Assembly: GCA_965223505.1 (NCBI GenBank)
Contig: CBDCWP010000001.1
Location: 1 to 63,061 of the forward strand
Direction: 5' to 3'
Source of the DNA: Planctomycetota bacterium
GTDB lineage: Bacteria > Planctomycetota > PLA2 > JAEUHO01
DNA length: 63,061 nt
Both the position numbers and the translations under genes were made by a program. Shown here one piece after another: positions 19,603 through 29,237 of the stretch; positions within the stretch are counted from its first letter, which is position 1, and each line of letters opens with the position of its first letter. The notes beneath the pieces are model-generated. The model made no database searches. It worked only from the letters and a program-made list of their open reading frames with translations, and was not told the DNA's origin.

Positions 19603-20214
19603 TCACTGCGAGTCCCCCTTTGCTTCGGCCTCGGGCTCTTCATCGAGCCAGTCGCGTCCAATCCGCAGGAATCGATCGGCGAAGGCGGCTCGGGCCCGGC
19701 GCAGGCGCATCTCGGCGGCCTTCTCCGTCCAGCCGCCACGCGTCGCGATCTCCGCGACGGTCGCGCCGCCGCGGTAGTACGCGAGCAGCAGTGCGCGTTG
19801 CGCCGCCGGCATCAGGCCCAACGCCACGTGTACGAGGTCGCGCAGCTCACCGCGCTCGAGGGACTCGCCGGGCAGCGTCGTTTCGGTGAACGACTCCCAA
19901 CCGTCCGGCAACGTCACGATCGGCGGACGGCGCCCGCGGCGACGCAGCACGTCGGCCACCCTGCGGCGCGCGGTGCCGAGCAGGTAGGCGCCCGCGTCCC
20001 TCGGCCGACGCCCGTCCGCGAGTGCGCGATACAACGCCTCGAACGTCTGCTGCGTGACGTCTTCGGCGTCTTCGGCGGTCTTGAGGCGGCGGCGGGCGTA
20101 GCGGTACACGGCGTCCAGATGGTCCTCGACCCAGGCAGACGGAGGGCGCTCCGGTGCGGACGCGACGGTCCCCGGGCTCGGCTCCGGCGCCTGATTCGGT
20201 TCGGATCGGGTCAT
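19603..20214 (-). CDS. ECF-type RNA polymerase sigma factor
   Basis: Region 2 (VYRYARRRL..AEDAEDVTQQTF) and region 4 (TVAEIA...AAEMRLRRAR). Confidence 0.9.
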   Translation of the reverse strand: MTRSEPNQAPEPSPGTVASAPERPPSAWVEDHLDAVYRYARRRLKTAEDAEDVTQQTFEALYRALADGRRPRDAGAYLLGTARRRVADVLRRRGRRPPIVTLPDGWESFTETTLPGESLERGELRDLVHVALGLMPAAQRALLLAYYRGGATVAEIATRGGWTEKAAEMRLRRARAAFADRFLRIGRDWLDEEPEAEAKGDSQ

Positions 20215-20265
20215 GAATGCACCCGTAGAGTCGCTCTCAGCAACGGCAACCCTCGCACGCGCCGA

Positions 20266-21138
20266 TCACCAGTCGATGCCCGCCTTCTTGGCCGTCTTCT
20301 CGTTCGCCTCGAACCACGCTTTCGCCTCCGCGGTCGTGTCGAACTCGTGCTCCGTGATGGCCTTGAGCGCGCTCACGAGCCCCGGCTTCATGAGCTTCCA
20401 CATGTTCCACTTGCGTTCCCACCATTCGGCGGGCGGGTTGGACGGCGAGTTCACGGCGATGTCCGTCCCCGGCTCGCTCAGCTCCTCGGCCATCCTGCGG
20501 AAGAGGCGCGGGTCCGCGGTCGCCTCGATGTACGCACAGTAGTCCAGGAGGTGCTCGCCGAACTCCTTCTGGGGGTTCCCGTTCATCCAACGCCAGTCGC
20601 TCTCGACCTCCTTGAACTGCTTGGCGTCGAGCTTGATCTCCTTGTCGGCGTAGATGAGCAGGATCTTCCCCTTCACGCCGTAGCGCTTCTTGTTGGGCTT
20701 GGCCATGTAGGCCTTCCAGATCCCCTTCATCAGCTTGTCGTGCGCGCGCGGACAGAGCATCTCGGCCACGCGCATCGCGACTTCGCCGTTCTGGTGCGAC
20801 AGCATCTTGAGCAGCGGCTTCTCGAAGGACTCGTGCTTGTAGTCCTCGATCGCGTCGAGCGCCGGCATGATCTCCTTGGTCTTCTTCTTCTTCGCGACCT
20901 TCTTCAGCGCGGTGCTGAGCTTGCGCGCCTCCTCGGCACTCGGCTCTTCGAGCTCGTCGTCCTCCTCTGCCTCCGCGCCTTTCTCTTCCTCGCCGCCTTT
21001 CTCTCCCTCTTCTTCCGCCCCCTGCTCCCCCTCGTCTTCGGCGTGGGTGCACGGCGCGAGCGAGCCGGGTAGACCGAGCGCAAGAACGAGGAGGAGGGCC
21101 CAGAACAGCGTGAAGGACGAAATCGCTGCGTGTTTCAT
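20266..21138 (-). CDS. exported HEAT-like helical protein
   Basis: Signal peptide, acidic E-rich linker, Lys-rich helical domain ending ALKAITEHEF...WF; GGAGGAGG RBS. Confidence 0.7.
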   Translation of the reverse strand: MKHAAISSFTLFWALLLVLALGLPGSLAPCTHAEDEGEQGAEEEGEKGGEEEKGAEAEEDDELEEPSAEEARKLSTALKKVAKKKKTKEIMPALDAIEDYKHESFEKPLLKMLSHQNGEVAMRVAEMLCPRAHDKLMKGIWKAYMAKPNKKRYGVKGKILLIYADKEIKLDAKQFKEVESDWRWMNGNPQKEFGEHLLDYCAYIEATADPRLFRRMAEELSEPGTDIAVNSPSNPPAEWWERKWNMWKLMKPGLVSALKAITEHEFDTTAEAKAWFEANEKTAKKAGIDW

Positions 21139-21238
21139 GGGGACCTCCTCCACGGCTGGTTGGGGTGGCGCCTGGGCCATTCTAGCGGTCTGTCGCCCGG
21201 GCGGCTACGGGGGGCGGTTGCCGGCCCCCATACAGCAC

Positions 21239-22963
21239 TCAGCGTTGGTTCGGAGTGGGTTCGGGGCCCAGCGAGACGCTGTTGAAGTAGATGTCGTGGC
21301 CGACCGTGTCGTCGCGATCGTCGGCCCAAACGAGGAAGGCCTCGCCGTCGCAGGCGAGCTCGACCGCGAACGAATTGAAGGCGCCGAACTCGTCCCCCAG
21401 GTCGACCCTCGTGTCGGGCGAGGTCCAGCGAAGGCCCGCGTCATTCGAATGCGTCAGCCAGATGCTGAACGGATGGCTGATCTTGGGTGACGGCGCCGGG
21501 TGGAAGATGAAACGGTCGTCATGCCAGGCAACTGTCACGCTCTGACCGTCACAGCAGATGACCGGACGGAACGCCCGTGTGAACACCGGCGCGTGATCGA
21601 TCAAGCCGGCGTCGCCCACGAGGCTCCACGTGGCGCCACCGTCCATGGAACGCCCACAGTGGATCTCGGACGCGACGACGCGTTTGGTGAGGGAGCCGAC
21701 GAACGCATTGCGCTGCCAGCAGACGTAGGCGAGCTCGCCGTCGCAGCAGATGCGCGGCGCTTCGGACTCGATCGTGTAGGGCAGGATCGGAAATCCGTTT
21801 TGATCGACCGTTCGCTCGAGTCGATGGCTCTCGGCCAGCCACGTCCCCGCCGCGCCGCCGTTCTCGGATCGATTGACGAAGATGTTGGCTTTGGGAAGCT
21901 GGTACGGGAACGCGTCTCTCGGTTCCGGAATCGGCTCCGGATTCAGGATGACGTCCGGATTGTTGTTCGGGCCCGGCACGTTGAACCGTCTCGCGTCGTA
22001 GGCGACGATCACCCGGTCGCCTTCGCAACACAGATCGATGTACGTCGAGACACCGGCGGCATGGCCGCGTGCGCTGATGCGCTGACTCACCGCGTCGAAC
22101 GTCAAGCCGAAGTTGTCGGAGGCGTTGAAGTAAACGTCCCGCCCGCCGTCGCGCTCGTCGAGCCACGCCGCGTACAGGCGCGGTCCGTCACAGCAGATCT
22201 TGACGCTCTCCGAGCGCGAGGGGTTGCCGGAATCGTGATCGTGCACCGGCACGTCCCGCCGCAGCCACGTCGCTCCGCCGTCGACGGATCGGTTCGCGTA
22301 GATGTTCCAGGCGCCGTCGCGAAGATCACGCCACGCGACGTAGACGATGTTCATCGGGCCGTCGGCTTGCTGCACGGTCGTGCAGCAGATCTCGGGCTCG
22401 CGCGCGTTCGATCCGAACGGTGCGCTGTCGATCCGGATCGCCTCGCGCATCCAGGTGAGGCCGCCGTCCAGCGATCGATTGAAGTAGATCGCTGTGTTGC
22501 GCGTCACCCGGTCTTCCTCGTACCAGACGACGTAGACGTTGTTGCCGTTGCAGCAAATGCGCGGGACGAGCGCGTTCGTTCCCGGGCCGGTGTAGGGACC
22601 GGTGTTGAGCCGCTTGTCGAGTCCGTTCTCGACGCCCCAGACGCCGTCGGGTCCGCGCCGGTTGAAATACACGGACATGTTGCCGTTCGGATTGGGCGCC
22701 GTCTGCCCTTGCGGCCGACGGCCTTCGTACCAATCGACGTCGCGCCGGTCGTACCAGACGACGTAGACGTTGCCCGCGCCGGTGCAGACCTGCGGAGCAA
22801 CGGACAGCGCCTCTCCGTTGTCGTCCGTATCGACGCGGCCTTCGACGCCGGCCAGCATCGTGTTCGGTGCGACGTTTCGCGAGGGCGGACCGTCGGATCC
22901 GCATGCTGCCAGCAGGGCGACACACGCGAGGAGGACCCCCGCAGATCGAACGACACACCACAT
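21239..22963 (-). CDS. Asp-box (BNR) beta-propeller lipoprotein, sialidase-like fold
   Basis: Lipobox LAAC; Asp-box SxDGGxTW-like repeats (SLDGGLTW, SVDGGATW, SDNFGLTF, SMDGGATW, SNDAGLRW); eight repeats of I/L-C-C-x-G...Y-V-x-W. Confidence 0.85.
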   Translation of the reverse strand: MWCVVRSAGVLLACVALLAACGSDGPPSRNVAPNTMLAGVEGRVDTDDNGEALSVAPQVCTGAGNVYVVWYDRRDVDWYEGRRPQGQTAPNPNGNMSVYFNRRGPDGVWGVENGLDKRLNTGPYTGPGTNALVPRICCNGNNVYVVWYEEDRVTRNTAIYFNRSLDGGLTWMREAIRIDSAPFGSNAREPEICCTTVQQADGPMNIVYVAWRDLRDGAWNIYANRSVDGGATWLRRDVPVHDHDSGNPSRSESVKICCDGPRLYAAWLDERDGGRDVYFNASDNFGLTFDAVSQRISARGHAAGVSTYIDLCCEGDRVIVAYDARRFNVPGPNNNPDVILNPEPIPEPRDAFPYQLPKANIFVNRSENGGAAGTWLAESHRLERTVDQNGFPILPYTIESEAPRICCDGELAYVCWQRNAFVGSLTKRVVASEIHCGRSMDGGATWSLVGDAGLIDHAPVFTRAFRPVICCDGQSVTVAWHDDRFIFHPAPSPKISHPFSIWLTHSNDAGLRWTSPDTRVDLGDEFGAFNSFAVELACDGEAFLVWADDRDDTVGHDIYFNSVSLGPEPTPNQR

Positions 22964-23075
22964 TGCGGGCAGGGTACCTCCATCGCCGTCGGGCGGAACC
23001 CAGCGGCCCGTGTTTCGGCCTAACGCCAGACGAAGCTATCCTCCCGGCTCGTCATTCGGAGCACGGGAGGGTTGC

Positions 23076-23570
23076 ATGCCGCGGCGGTCACCGATCGAGT
23101 TGTCGAAATTGGACATCCAGAACGTCGTCGCGGACATCGAGACGATCCGGCAGGACAACCCCCAGCGCTACGAGTTCGAACAGCTCTCGTGGATCTGCCA
23201 CTTCGACCAGGAGGCGGGGGAGGTCGCCGGCGTGCTCGACGTGCCCGAGGACCCCTGGTGGGCGCGCGGCCACGTGCCGGCGCAGCCGCTCATGCCGGGG
23301 GTCCTGATGCTCGAGAGCGCGGCACAGCTGTGCTCCTGGGCGGTGCATCAGATCTACAAGGCCGAGAAGGAGGAGCGCATCTTCGGCTTCGGCGGGATCG
23401 ACAAGGTGAAGTTCCGTAGCACCATCTTCCCGCCGTCGAAGATGGTGATCGTCGGCAAGGCGGTGGACGTGCGGACGCGCCGCGCGATCTTCGATACCGC
23501 GGGCTACGACGAGACGTTGTCGCGGGCCATCTTCCAGGCGCAGATCACGGGGATGTGGGTCGGCCTGTAG
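23076..23570 (+). CDS. FabZ/FabA-like 3-hydroxyacyl-ACP dehydratase (hotdog fold)
   Basis: WWARGHVP..PLMPGVLMLESAAQL (His/Glu dyad), FGGIDKVKFR; GGGAGG RBS. Confidence 0.85.
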   Translation: MPRRSPIELSKLDIQNVVADIETIRQDNPQRYEFEQLSWICHFDQEAGEVAGVLDVPEDPWWARGHVPAQPLMPGVLMLESAAQLCSWAVHQIYKAEKEERIFGFGGIDKVKFRSTIFPPSKMVIVGKAVDVRTRRAIFDTAGYDETLSRAIFQAQITGMWVGL

Positions 23571-23589
23571 CGCCTCACAACCCCCGCAC

Positions 23590-24096
23590 CTACGACTCGA
23601 CCTGCCCGTCCCACACGCCGGTGGCGTGTTCCTTCGCGCGCATTACGTAGTGCGCGGCATGCTCCATCGCGATCCGCTTGCGTTCCTCCGGGTCGAAGGT
23701 CTTGACGATGCGCATCGGGGAGCCGACGGCCAGCGAGTACGGCGGCACCTCGGTGTTCTCCAACACGAGCGCACCGGCGCCGATCACCGCGCCCTCGCCG
23801 ATCTTGCATCCCCCCAGCAGAACCGCCCCCATCCCGATCAACGCATAGTCGCCGATCTCGACGCCGTGGCAGATCGCGCTGTGCCCCACGGTGACATCGG
23901 CTCCGAGCCGGTTCGGCGCGTCCGGATCGACGTGTACGACGGCGTTGTCCTGGATGTTCGTACGCGCGCCGATCGCAATGGGCGCGTCGTCGCCGCGGAT
24001 CGCGACGCCGTACCAGATGTTGACGTCCTCCCCCAGCGCGACGCGCGCGGTCACCGTCGCGGTGTCCGCGACGTACGCCTTGCCGACCGGGTTCAT
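23590..24096 (-). CDS. gamma-carbonic anhydrase family (hexapeptide repeat) protein
   Basis: IRGD, TNIQDNAVVH, TVGHSAICHG, IGMGA. Confidence 0.9.
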   Translation of the reverse strand: MNPVGKAYVADTATVTARVALGEDVNIWYGVAIRGDDAPIAIGARTNIQDNAVVHVDPDAPNRLGADVTVGHSAICHGVEIGDYALIGMGAVLLGGCKIGEGAVIGAGALVLENTEVPPYSLAVGSPMRIVKTFDPEERKRIAMEHAAHYVMRAKEHATGVWDGQVES

Positions 24097-24110
24097 CCGC
24101 GCCTGGCGCA

Positions 24111-25130
24111 CTAGCTCAACTCCCCCACCAGCACCAGCGGCAACAGCGTCATGCCGTTGTGCACCGCGTGCGCGATGATGCAGGCCGTCAGCGAATTGGT
24201 CTTCTCGAAGACGATGTTGAGGATCACCGCCAGCGCGAAGAGCGGCGCGAGCGCCGTCCAGCTCTGGTGGATCGCCGCGAAGAGCGCGGAGACGATGAAG
24301 ATGCCGATGACCGCCCCGCGCGTGCCGCCCCCGGCCGCGCGTTTGATGGCCGGATACAGAAGCCCTCGGAAGATGCTCTCTTCGACGATCGGCGCGAGGA
24401 TCGCGCCGTAGACCGCGATCAGGTACGGGTACCAGGACACCTGCGGCTCGATCACGTCGAGGACGAGGTCCTGGACCTGCGGCTCCTTGCCGAACATCGA
24501 CATCAACATGCCGACCAGCAAGCCCACCGGAATGACGATGGCGCTGGCCACACAGAACGTCCACAGGCCGATCTTGATGGCGCGGAGGAAACCGGGCGGG
24601 CGCGGATCGGCGAGCCGAGCCCGGCGGAACATCACGACGAACGCGACAGGAATCGTCACGATCGCGAGCGATGCGATCTTCTCCGGGAGGGTGGGCTTGA
24701 AGTCGTCCTGCCCGCCGGACAGGAAGGCGATGGCGATCAACGGGCCGATCGCCAACGCGAAGATGAAGAGGAGCAGCGCCGTGCCGACACCGGTCACGGC
24801 CGTCGGCTCGACCGGGTCCGGCGCCGGCACCAGCCCGGCGCGGATCTTGTCGGCGCGCACGTACAGCAGCACCAGCAGCACGAGCCCGATGACCAGCGGC
24901 ACGTACTTGCCGAGTAGCAACGTCCAGCGCGTGAGCGGCTTGCCCATCAGGACGTCCTCGACGCGGTCCTGGCGCGTGTCCTTCGCCTTCTCGGGCTCGG
25001 CTTCGGATTCGGACTCCGCCGCGGGTTCCGGCGGGTCGGGGTCGTCGTCCGCCCACAGGGGCGCCGCGACACCGAGCGCGGCGATGCCGAACAACAGCAG
25101 CGCGAGGAACGCGGATGCGCGTCTCGACAT
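24111..25130 (-). CDS. CPBP family intramembrane metalloprotease (CAAX/Abi)
   Basis: APIVEESIFRG, FAAIH, IIAHAVHN; multi-TM; start overlaps the thiG stop. Confidence 0.88.
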   Translation of the reverse strand: MSRRASAFLALLLFGIAALGVAAPLWADDDPDPPEPAAESESEAEPEKAKDTRQDRVEDVLMGKPLTRWTLLLGKYVPLVIGLVLLVLLYVRADKIRAGLVPAPDPVEPTAVTGVGTALLLFIFALAIGPLIAIAFLSGGQDDFKPTLPEKIASLAIVTIPVAFVVMFRRARLADPRPPGFLRAIKIGLWTFCVASAIVIPVGLLVGMLMSMFGKEPQVQDLVLDVIEPQVSWYPYLIAVYGAILAPIVEESIFRGLLYPAIKRAAGGGTRGAVIGIFIVSALFAAIHQSWTALAPLFALAVILNIVFEKTNSLTACIIAHAVHNGMTLLPLVLVGELS

Positions 25131-25933
25131 CACTGCGTTCCGGCGGGCTCGGGCGCGGTGATCACGCCCGTCACGGGGCTGGACGGCGTGGGCTTGCCCT
25201 TCGGCATGCGCCCCGCAAGGAACGCGTTGCGCCCCGCAATGCACGCGTCGCGCATCGCCGCGGCCATGCGCACCGGGTCGTCTGCGTGCGCGATGCCGGT
25301 GTTGAGCAGGACCCCGTCGCAACCGAGCTCCATCGCGACGGCGACGTCCGACGCGGTCCCGACGCCGGCATCGACGATGACGGGCACGTTGGCCTGGCCG
25401 ACGATCAGCTCGATGTTGATCGGATTGAGGATCCCGAGCCCGGTCCCGATGGCGCTGCCGAGCGGCATGACCGCTGCCGCGCCGGCCTCCTCGAGCTTGC
25501 GGGCCATCACCGGATCGTCGTTGGTGTAGACGAGGACGGTGAAGTCCTCGGCGACGAGCGTCTTGAGCGCCACGAGGGTCTGCTCCACGTCCGGCAGCAG
25601 CGTGTCGGGATCCGACAGCACCTCGAGCTTGACGAGATCGTCGATCCCGAGCTCGCGTGCAAGGCGCAGCACGCGCACGGCGTCATCCGCGTTGAAGCAC
25701 CCGGCGGTGTTGGGCAGCAACGTCCAGCGGTCGCCCAGCGCGTCGAGCAGGTTCTCGCCGTCCTTGCGTGCGAGATCGACGCGCCGCAGCGCGACGGTCA
25801 CGACCTCGGTTCCGCTCGTGGTCAGCGCCGCGACGGTTTCCTCGTTCGACTTGTACTTTCCGGTGCCGACGAAGAGACGGCTCTCGAAGGCATGGTTGCC
25901 GATGCGCAGCGGTTCGTCGGGAAACTCGGACAC
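25130..25933 (-). CDS. thiG: thiazole synthase
   Basis: [47 protein letters not shown]. Confidence 0.96.
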   Translation of the reverse strand: MSEFPDEPLRIGNHAFESRLFVGTGKYKSNEETVAALTTSGTEVVTVALRRVDLARKDGENLLDALGDRWTLLPNTAGCFNADDAVRVLRLARELGIDDLVKLEVLSDPDTLLPDVEQTLVALKTLVAEDFTVLVYTNDDPVMARKLEEAGAAAVMPLGSAIGTGLGILNPINIELIVGQANVPVIVDAGVGTASDVAVAMELGCDGVLLNTGIAHADDPVRMAAAMRDACIAGRNAFLAGRMPKGKPTPSSPVTGVITAPEPAGTQ

Positions 25934-26157
25934 TAGCCACCTCCTACGAACGTGACGACCTCGACCTTGTCGCCGGGCGCCAGCGCGTGCGATGCGTGCT
26001 CGGCCCGCGGGACGACGTCGCCGTTCACCTCGACCGCGACGCGCTGCGCACCGAGGTCCAGCTCGGTGAGCAGGGCCGCGATGGTGGCGGCGCCGTCGCG
26101 CGCGCGGACGTCGCGCGGCTCGCCGTTGAGCACGATGGCGATGCTTGTCGTGGTCAC
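25933..26157 (-). CDS. thiS: sulfur carrier protein
   Basis: About 74 aa, LNGE, VAVEVNG, C-terminal FVGGG; abuts thiG. Confidence 0.93.
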   Translation of the reverse strand: MTTTSIAIVLNGEPRDVRARDGAATIAALLTELDLGAQRVAVEVNGDVVPRAEHASHALAPGDKVEVVTFVGGG

Positions 26158-26223
26158 GCGGCTCAGACTACGGCGGCCCCCGCGAAACGCGGAACCTCGC
26201 GCGACTCGTTGGGCGCCCGCCCC

Positions 26224-27585
26224 TCACTCGCTGCGGGTCTGCTCTTCGAGCGGCGCCGGGTCGTCGGCGCGCGGGGGCGCCTCGCCGCTGATGACCTTCT
26301 TCTCCCACTTGTAGAGATCGGCCACCTTGGCGAGCGTCTCCTTCTCGCCGAGGATCTCGGAGCGAATGCGGTTCTCCGCCTCGAGGCAGTACATCGCGCG
26401 GTTGGCGATCTCGACGGCGCCGGCACGCGGCACCACCATCACGCCGTCGTCGTCCGCCACGATCCAGTCGCCGGGCGCGCACTCGATGCCGTCGACGCGC
26501 AGGACCACGCCGATCTCGCCGAAGCCCTTGGGCTCGCCCGCATTGGAGGCGACGGCGCGCGCGAACACGGGCAGGCCCAGGTCGCGAATGTCGAAGGTGT
26601 CGCGGATGGCGCCGTGAACGACGACCCCGGCGAGTCCCTGCACGATCGCCGAGTTCGTCGCCAGCTCGCCCCAGACCGCCGGCGGCACGCCGCCCGCGTC
26701 GACGACGAGCATGTCGCCGGGTTGGCACTGGTCGATCGCCTCGACCGGCTTGGCCCAGTCGCCCGGCATCGAACGGACGGTGACCGCGCGGCCGACGGCG
26801 CGCACGCCGGGGGCGGTCACGTGCATGCCGGACCAACAGGGCGCGCGATGCATGGCGTCGCTGATGTTCGGCGTGGACACGTCGCGGAAGATGCGGCGGA
26901 TGTCGTCGTCGCTCGTGCCGCGCTCGGCGGTCTCACTGCGTCCGGCGATCCCGGTCTCCATGGCCTCGATCAGCTCGCGCGTGGCGGCCTCGGCGTCGCG
27001 GGCCTTGGTGATCGCCCCGCCGACGATGACGACGTCGGCGCCCGCCGCGACGGCGGCCGGCGCGGTGCGCGCCGTCAGTCCACCGGCGACGGTCACGGGA
27101 ATCGAGACCACCGCCCGAACGGCGCGCAGGGTCTCGAGCGGGTCGTTGCCGCGCACCTGCTCGTCGATCGGGCAGTGCACGTTCACCGCGTCGGCGCCGA
27201 CGGACTCGGCGAACTTCGCGCGCGCCGCCGGGTCCTCGCACCCCAACAGGTCGACGAGGATGCGAATGCCGTAGTTGCGGCCGGCCTCGACGCACTCGCG
27301 GATCGTGCTGTCGGACGAGACGCCCAGCACGGTGCCGATGTTCGCGCCCGCCTTGGCGGCATGCTCGAGCTCGAGACGACCGGCGTCCATCGTCTTGCCG
27401 TCGCAGACGATCTCGTGCTTCGGGAAGGCCTCGCGCAAGGCGCGCACGGCGTCGAGTCCCTCCGCCTTCAGCAGCGGGGTTCCGACCTCCAGGATGTGCA
27501 CACCGCCGCGCACCGCCTCGTGCGCGGCGCGCATCGCGCGATGGAGGTCGACCTGGTCCAGGGCAAGCTGCAAACGGGCCTTCAT
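26224..27585 (-). CDS. hxlA: 3-hexulose-6-phosphate synthase fused to an RraA/HMG-aldolase-like domain
   Basis: N-domain LQLALD, LEVGTPLLKAEG, DGKTMDAG, VAGG, IVGGAIT; C-domain STPNISDAM, GDWAKPVEAID, AVWGELA, GAIRD, GDWIVADDDGV. Confidence 0.85.
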   Translation of the reverse strand: MKARLQLALDQVDLHRAMRAAHEAVRGGVHILEVGTPLLKAEGLDAVRALREAFPKHEIVCDGKTMDAGRLELEHAAKAGANIGTVLGVSSDSTIRECVEAGRNYGIRILVDLLGCEDPAARAKFAESVGADAVNVHCPIDEQVRGNDPLETLRAVRAVVSIPVTVAGGLTARTAPAAVAAGADVVIVGGAITKARDAEAATRELIEAMETGIAGRSETAERGTSDDDIRRIFRDVSTPNISDAMHRAPCWSGMHVTAPGVRAVGRAVTVRSMPGDWAKPVEAIDQCQPGDMLVVDAGGVPPAVWGELATNSAIVQGLAGVVVHGAIRDTFDIRDLGLPVFARAVASNAGEPKGFGEIGVVLRVDGIECAPGDWIVADDDGVMVVPRAGAVEIANRAMYCLEAENRIRSEILGEKETLAKVADLYKWEKKVISGEAPPRADDPAPLEEQTRSE

Positions 27586-27713
27586 GGGCTGCCTACGCTA
27601 CGACCGCGTGCGCGCCGCGGCAACGCGGTACGGCAGGTTGGGATCCGTTCGCCTGCTGTACGTCGTAGCGGCCCCCGAGGGCCATCACTGGCCGCGGGCA
27701 CCGTCGCCTCGCC

Positions 27714-27741
27714 TTGACACTCCGCGCCGAAGAACGACAAT
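27714..27741 (+). promoter_or_regulatory. sigma70-type promoter of the nusA operon
   Basis: TTGACA-N16-GACAAT. Confidence 0.55.
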
Positions 27742-27769
27742 CCCTCGGACCACTTTGGCGCACGCAGAC

Positions 27770-27794
27770 GGCGGGCTCAATGGCCCGCCTTTTT
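27770..27794 (+). terminator. leader intrinsic terminator/attenuator upstream of nusA
   Basis: GGCGGGC-tcaatg-GCCCGCC followed by TTTTT, between the promoter and the nusA start. Confidence 0.7.
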
Positions 27795-27930
27795 CGTGCC
27801 CGCAGCGGTCGCACACACCCTGATACACGCCCCGATTTTCGAGCTTATCCGAGACGTTCGGACGGCCGCCAGGGGGCCTCCGTAGCGGAGGGCCCCGCGA
27901 CCCACCGAAGGTCGAAGGAGGTACCCCCGC

Positions 27931-29118
27931 ATGGACCCGGCAGACATTCTTCGCTTCGCCGACGTGGTCCATCGAGACCGCGGCATCGAGAAGGAAATCG
28001 TCTTCGGCGCGATCGAGCAGGGCATGCTCACCGCCGCCCGCAAGCGCTTCGGCGAAGACGCCGTGATCGAGGTGCGCCTCGACCGGCGCTCGGGCGACAT
28101 CGCGTGTCTGGTCAACGGACAGTCGCGCCGCGTCGAGTTCGGCCGCATCGCCGCGCAGACGGCGCGCCAGGTCATGAACCAGCGCATTCGCGAAGCCGAG
28201 CGGGACAAGCACCTCGACGAGTTCAACCGCCGGTTGAATTCGATCGTGACGGGTTCGATCCAGCGCATCGAGTCCGGCAACCTGATCGTCCATCTGGGAC
28301 GCGTCGAGGGCATCGTTCCGCGCTCGGAGCAGATCCGCGGCGAGACGTTCAAGGTCGGCGATCGCCTGCGCGCGTTCCTGTTCGAGGTGCGCCCGCAGGG
28401 ACAGCGCGTGCGCATCGTGCTGTCGCGCAGCCGCCCGGACTTCGTTCGCAAGCTCTTCGAGCTCGAGGTGCCGGAGATCGCAGACGGCGTCATCGTGATC
28501 CAGCGCATCGAGCGCGAAGCGGGCTACAAGACCAAGCTCGCCGTGGAGTCGCTCGACGCGAAGGTCGATCCGATCGGCGCGTGCGTCGGCGTGCGCGGCA
28601 GCCGCATCCGCAACATCATCGACGAGCTCAACGGCGAGAAGGTCGACATCCTGCCCTTCGAGGAGCAGCCCGAAGTCATGATCGCGCAGGCGCTCAAGCC
28701 CGCCCAGATCAACTCGATCACGCTGAACTGGGACACGCACACCGCCGACGTGCTGGTCGAGGAAGATCAGCTGTCGCTGGCCATCGGCCGTCGCGGCGCG
28801 AACGTGCGGCTGGCCTCGCGCCTGACCGGCTGGGACATCAACATCTCCGGCGAGGAGCCCATCGCCCCCGAGGGAGAGGCGCCGGACGAGGCGGACGCGC
28901 CGGAAGGCGCCGATGTGGAGGCGCCGGCGGAGTCGTCGCCTGACGCGCCCGCTGACGCACCCGCGAGTGCCGACGCCGCGGAAGCCGCGCCCGCACCGGA
29001 GGGTGCGACTCACGATGCGTCCGCGCCGGCGCCGGCCGCCGACACGTCGGATCCCGAGCAGGTCGAAGCGCCGGACGGCGCCGATCGAGTCGAGGAGGAA
29101 CCGACCCCCGGCGCATGA
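27931..29118 (+). CDS. nusA: transcription termination/antitermination factor NusA
   Basis: FGRIAAQTARQV, S1 domain, KH motifs (REAGYKTKLAV, GACVGVRGSRI, SLAIGRRGANVRLA); acidic Ala/Pro tail. Confidence 0.97.
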   Translation: MDPADILRFADVVHRDRGIEKEIVFGAIEQGMLTAARKRFGEDAVIEVRLDRRSGDIACLVNGQSRRVEFGRIAAQTARQVMNQRIREAERDKHLDEFNRRLNSIVTGSIQRIESGNLIVHLGRVEGIVPRSEQIRGETFKVGDRLRAFLFEVRPQGQRVRIVLSRSRPDFVRKLFELEVPEIADGVIVIQRIEREAGYKTKLAVESLDAKVDPIGACVGVRGSRIRNIIDELNGEKVDILPFEEQPEVMIAQALKPAQINSITLNWDTHTADVLVEEDQLSLAIGRRGANVRLASRLTGWDINISGEEPIAPEGEAPDEADAPEGADVEAPAESSPDAPADAPASADAAEAAPAPEGATHDASAPAPAADTSDPEQVEAPDGADRVEEEPTPGA

Positions 29119-29237
29119 CGCGCCCTTCGAGGGCGCGCGCGGGTTCGTTTCGCTCGTTCCGTGTGGGACTTGCCGCGGCGTGCTCGGTACCATGCGCGGC
29201 TTCGGGCCCATTTCCCGTCAAACCACCTAGGAACGCC

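Noticed and set aside
26158..26223. TPP riboswitch before thiS-thiG
   Set aside because: The gap is only 66 bp and lacks the CTGAGA core.
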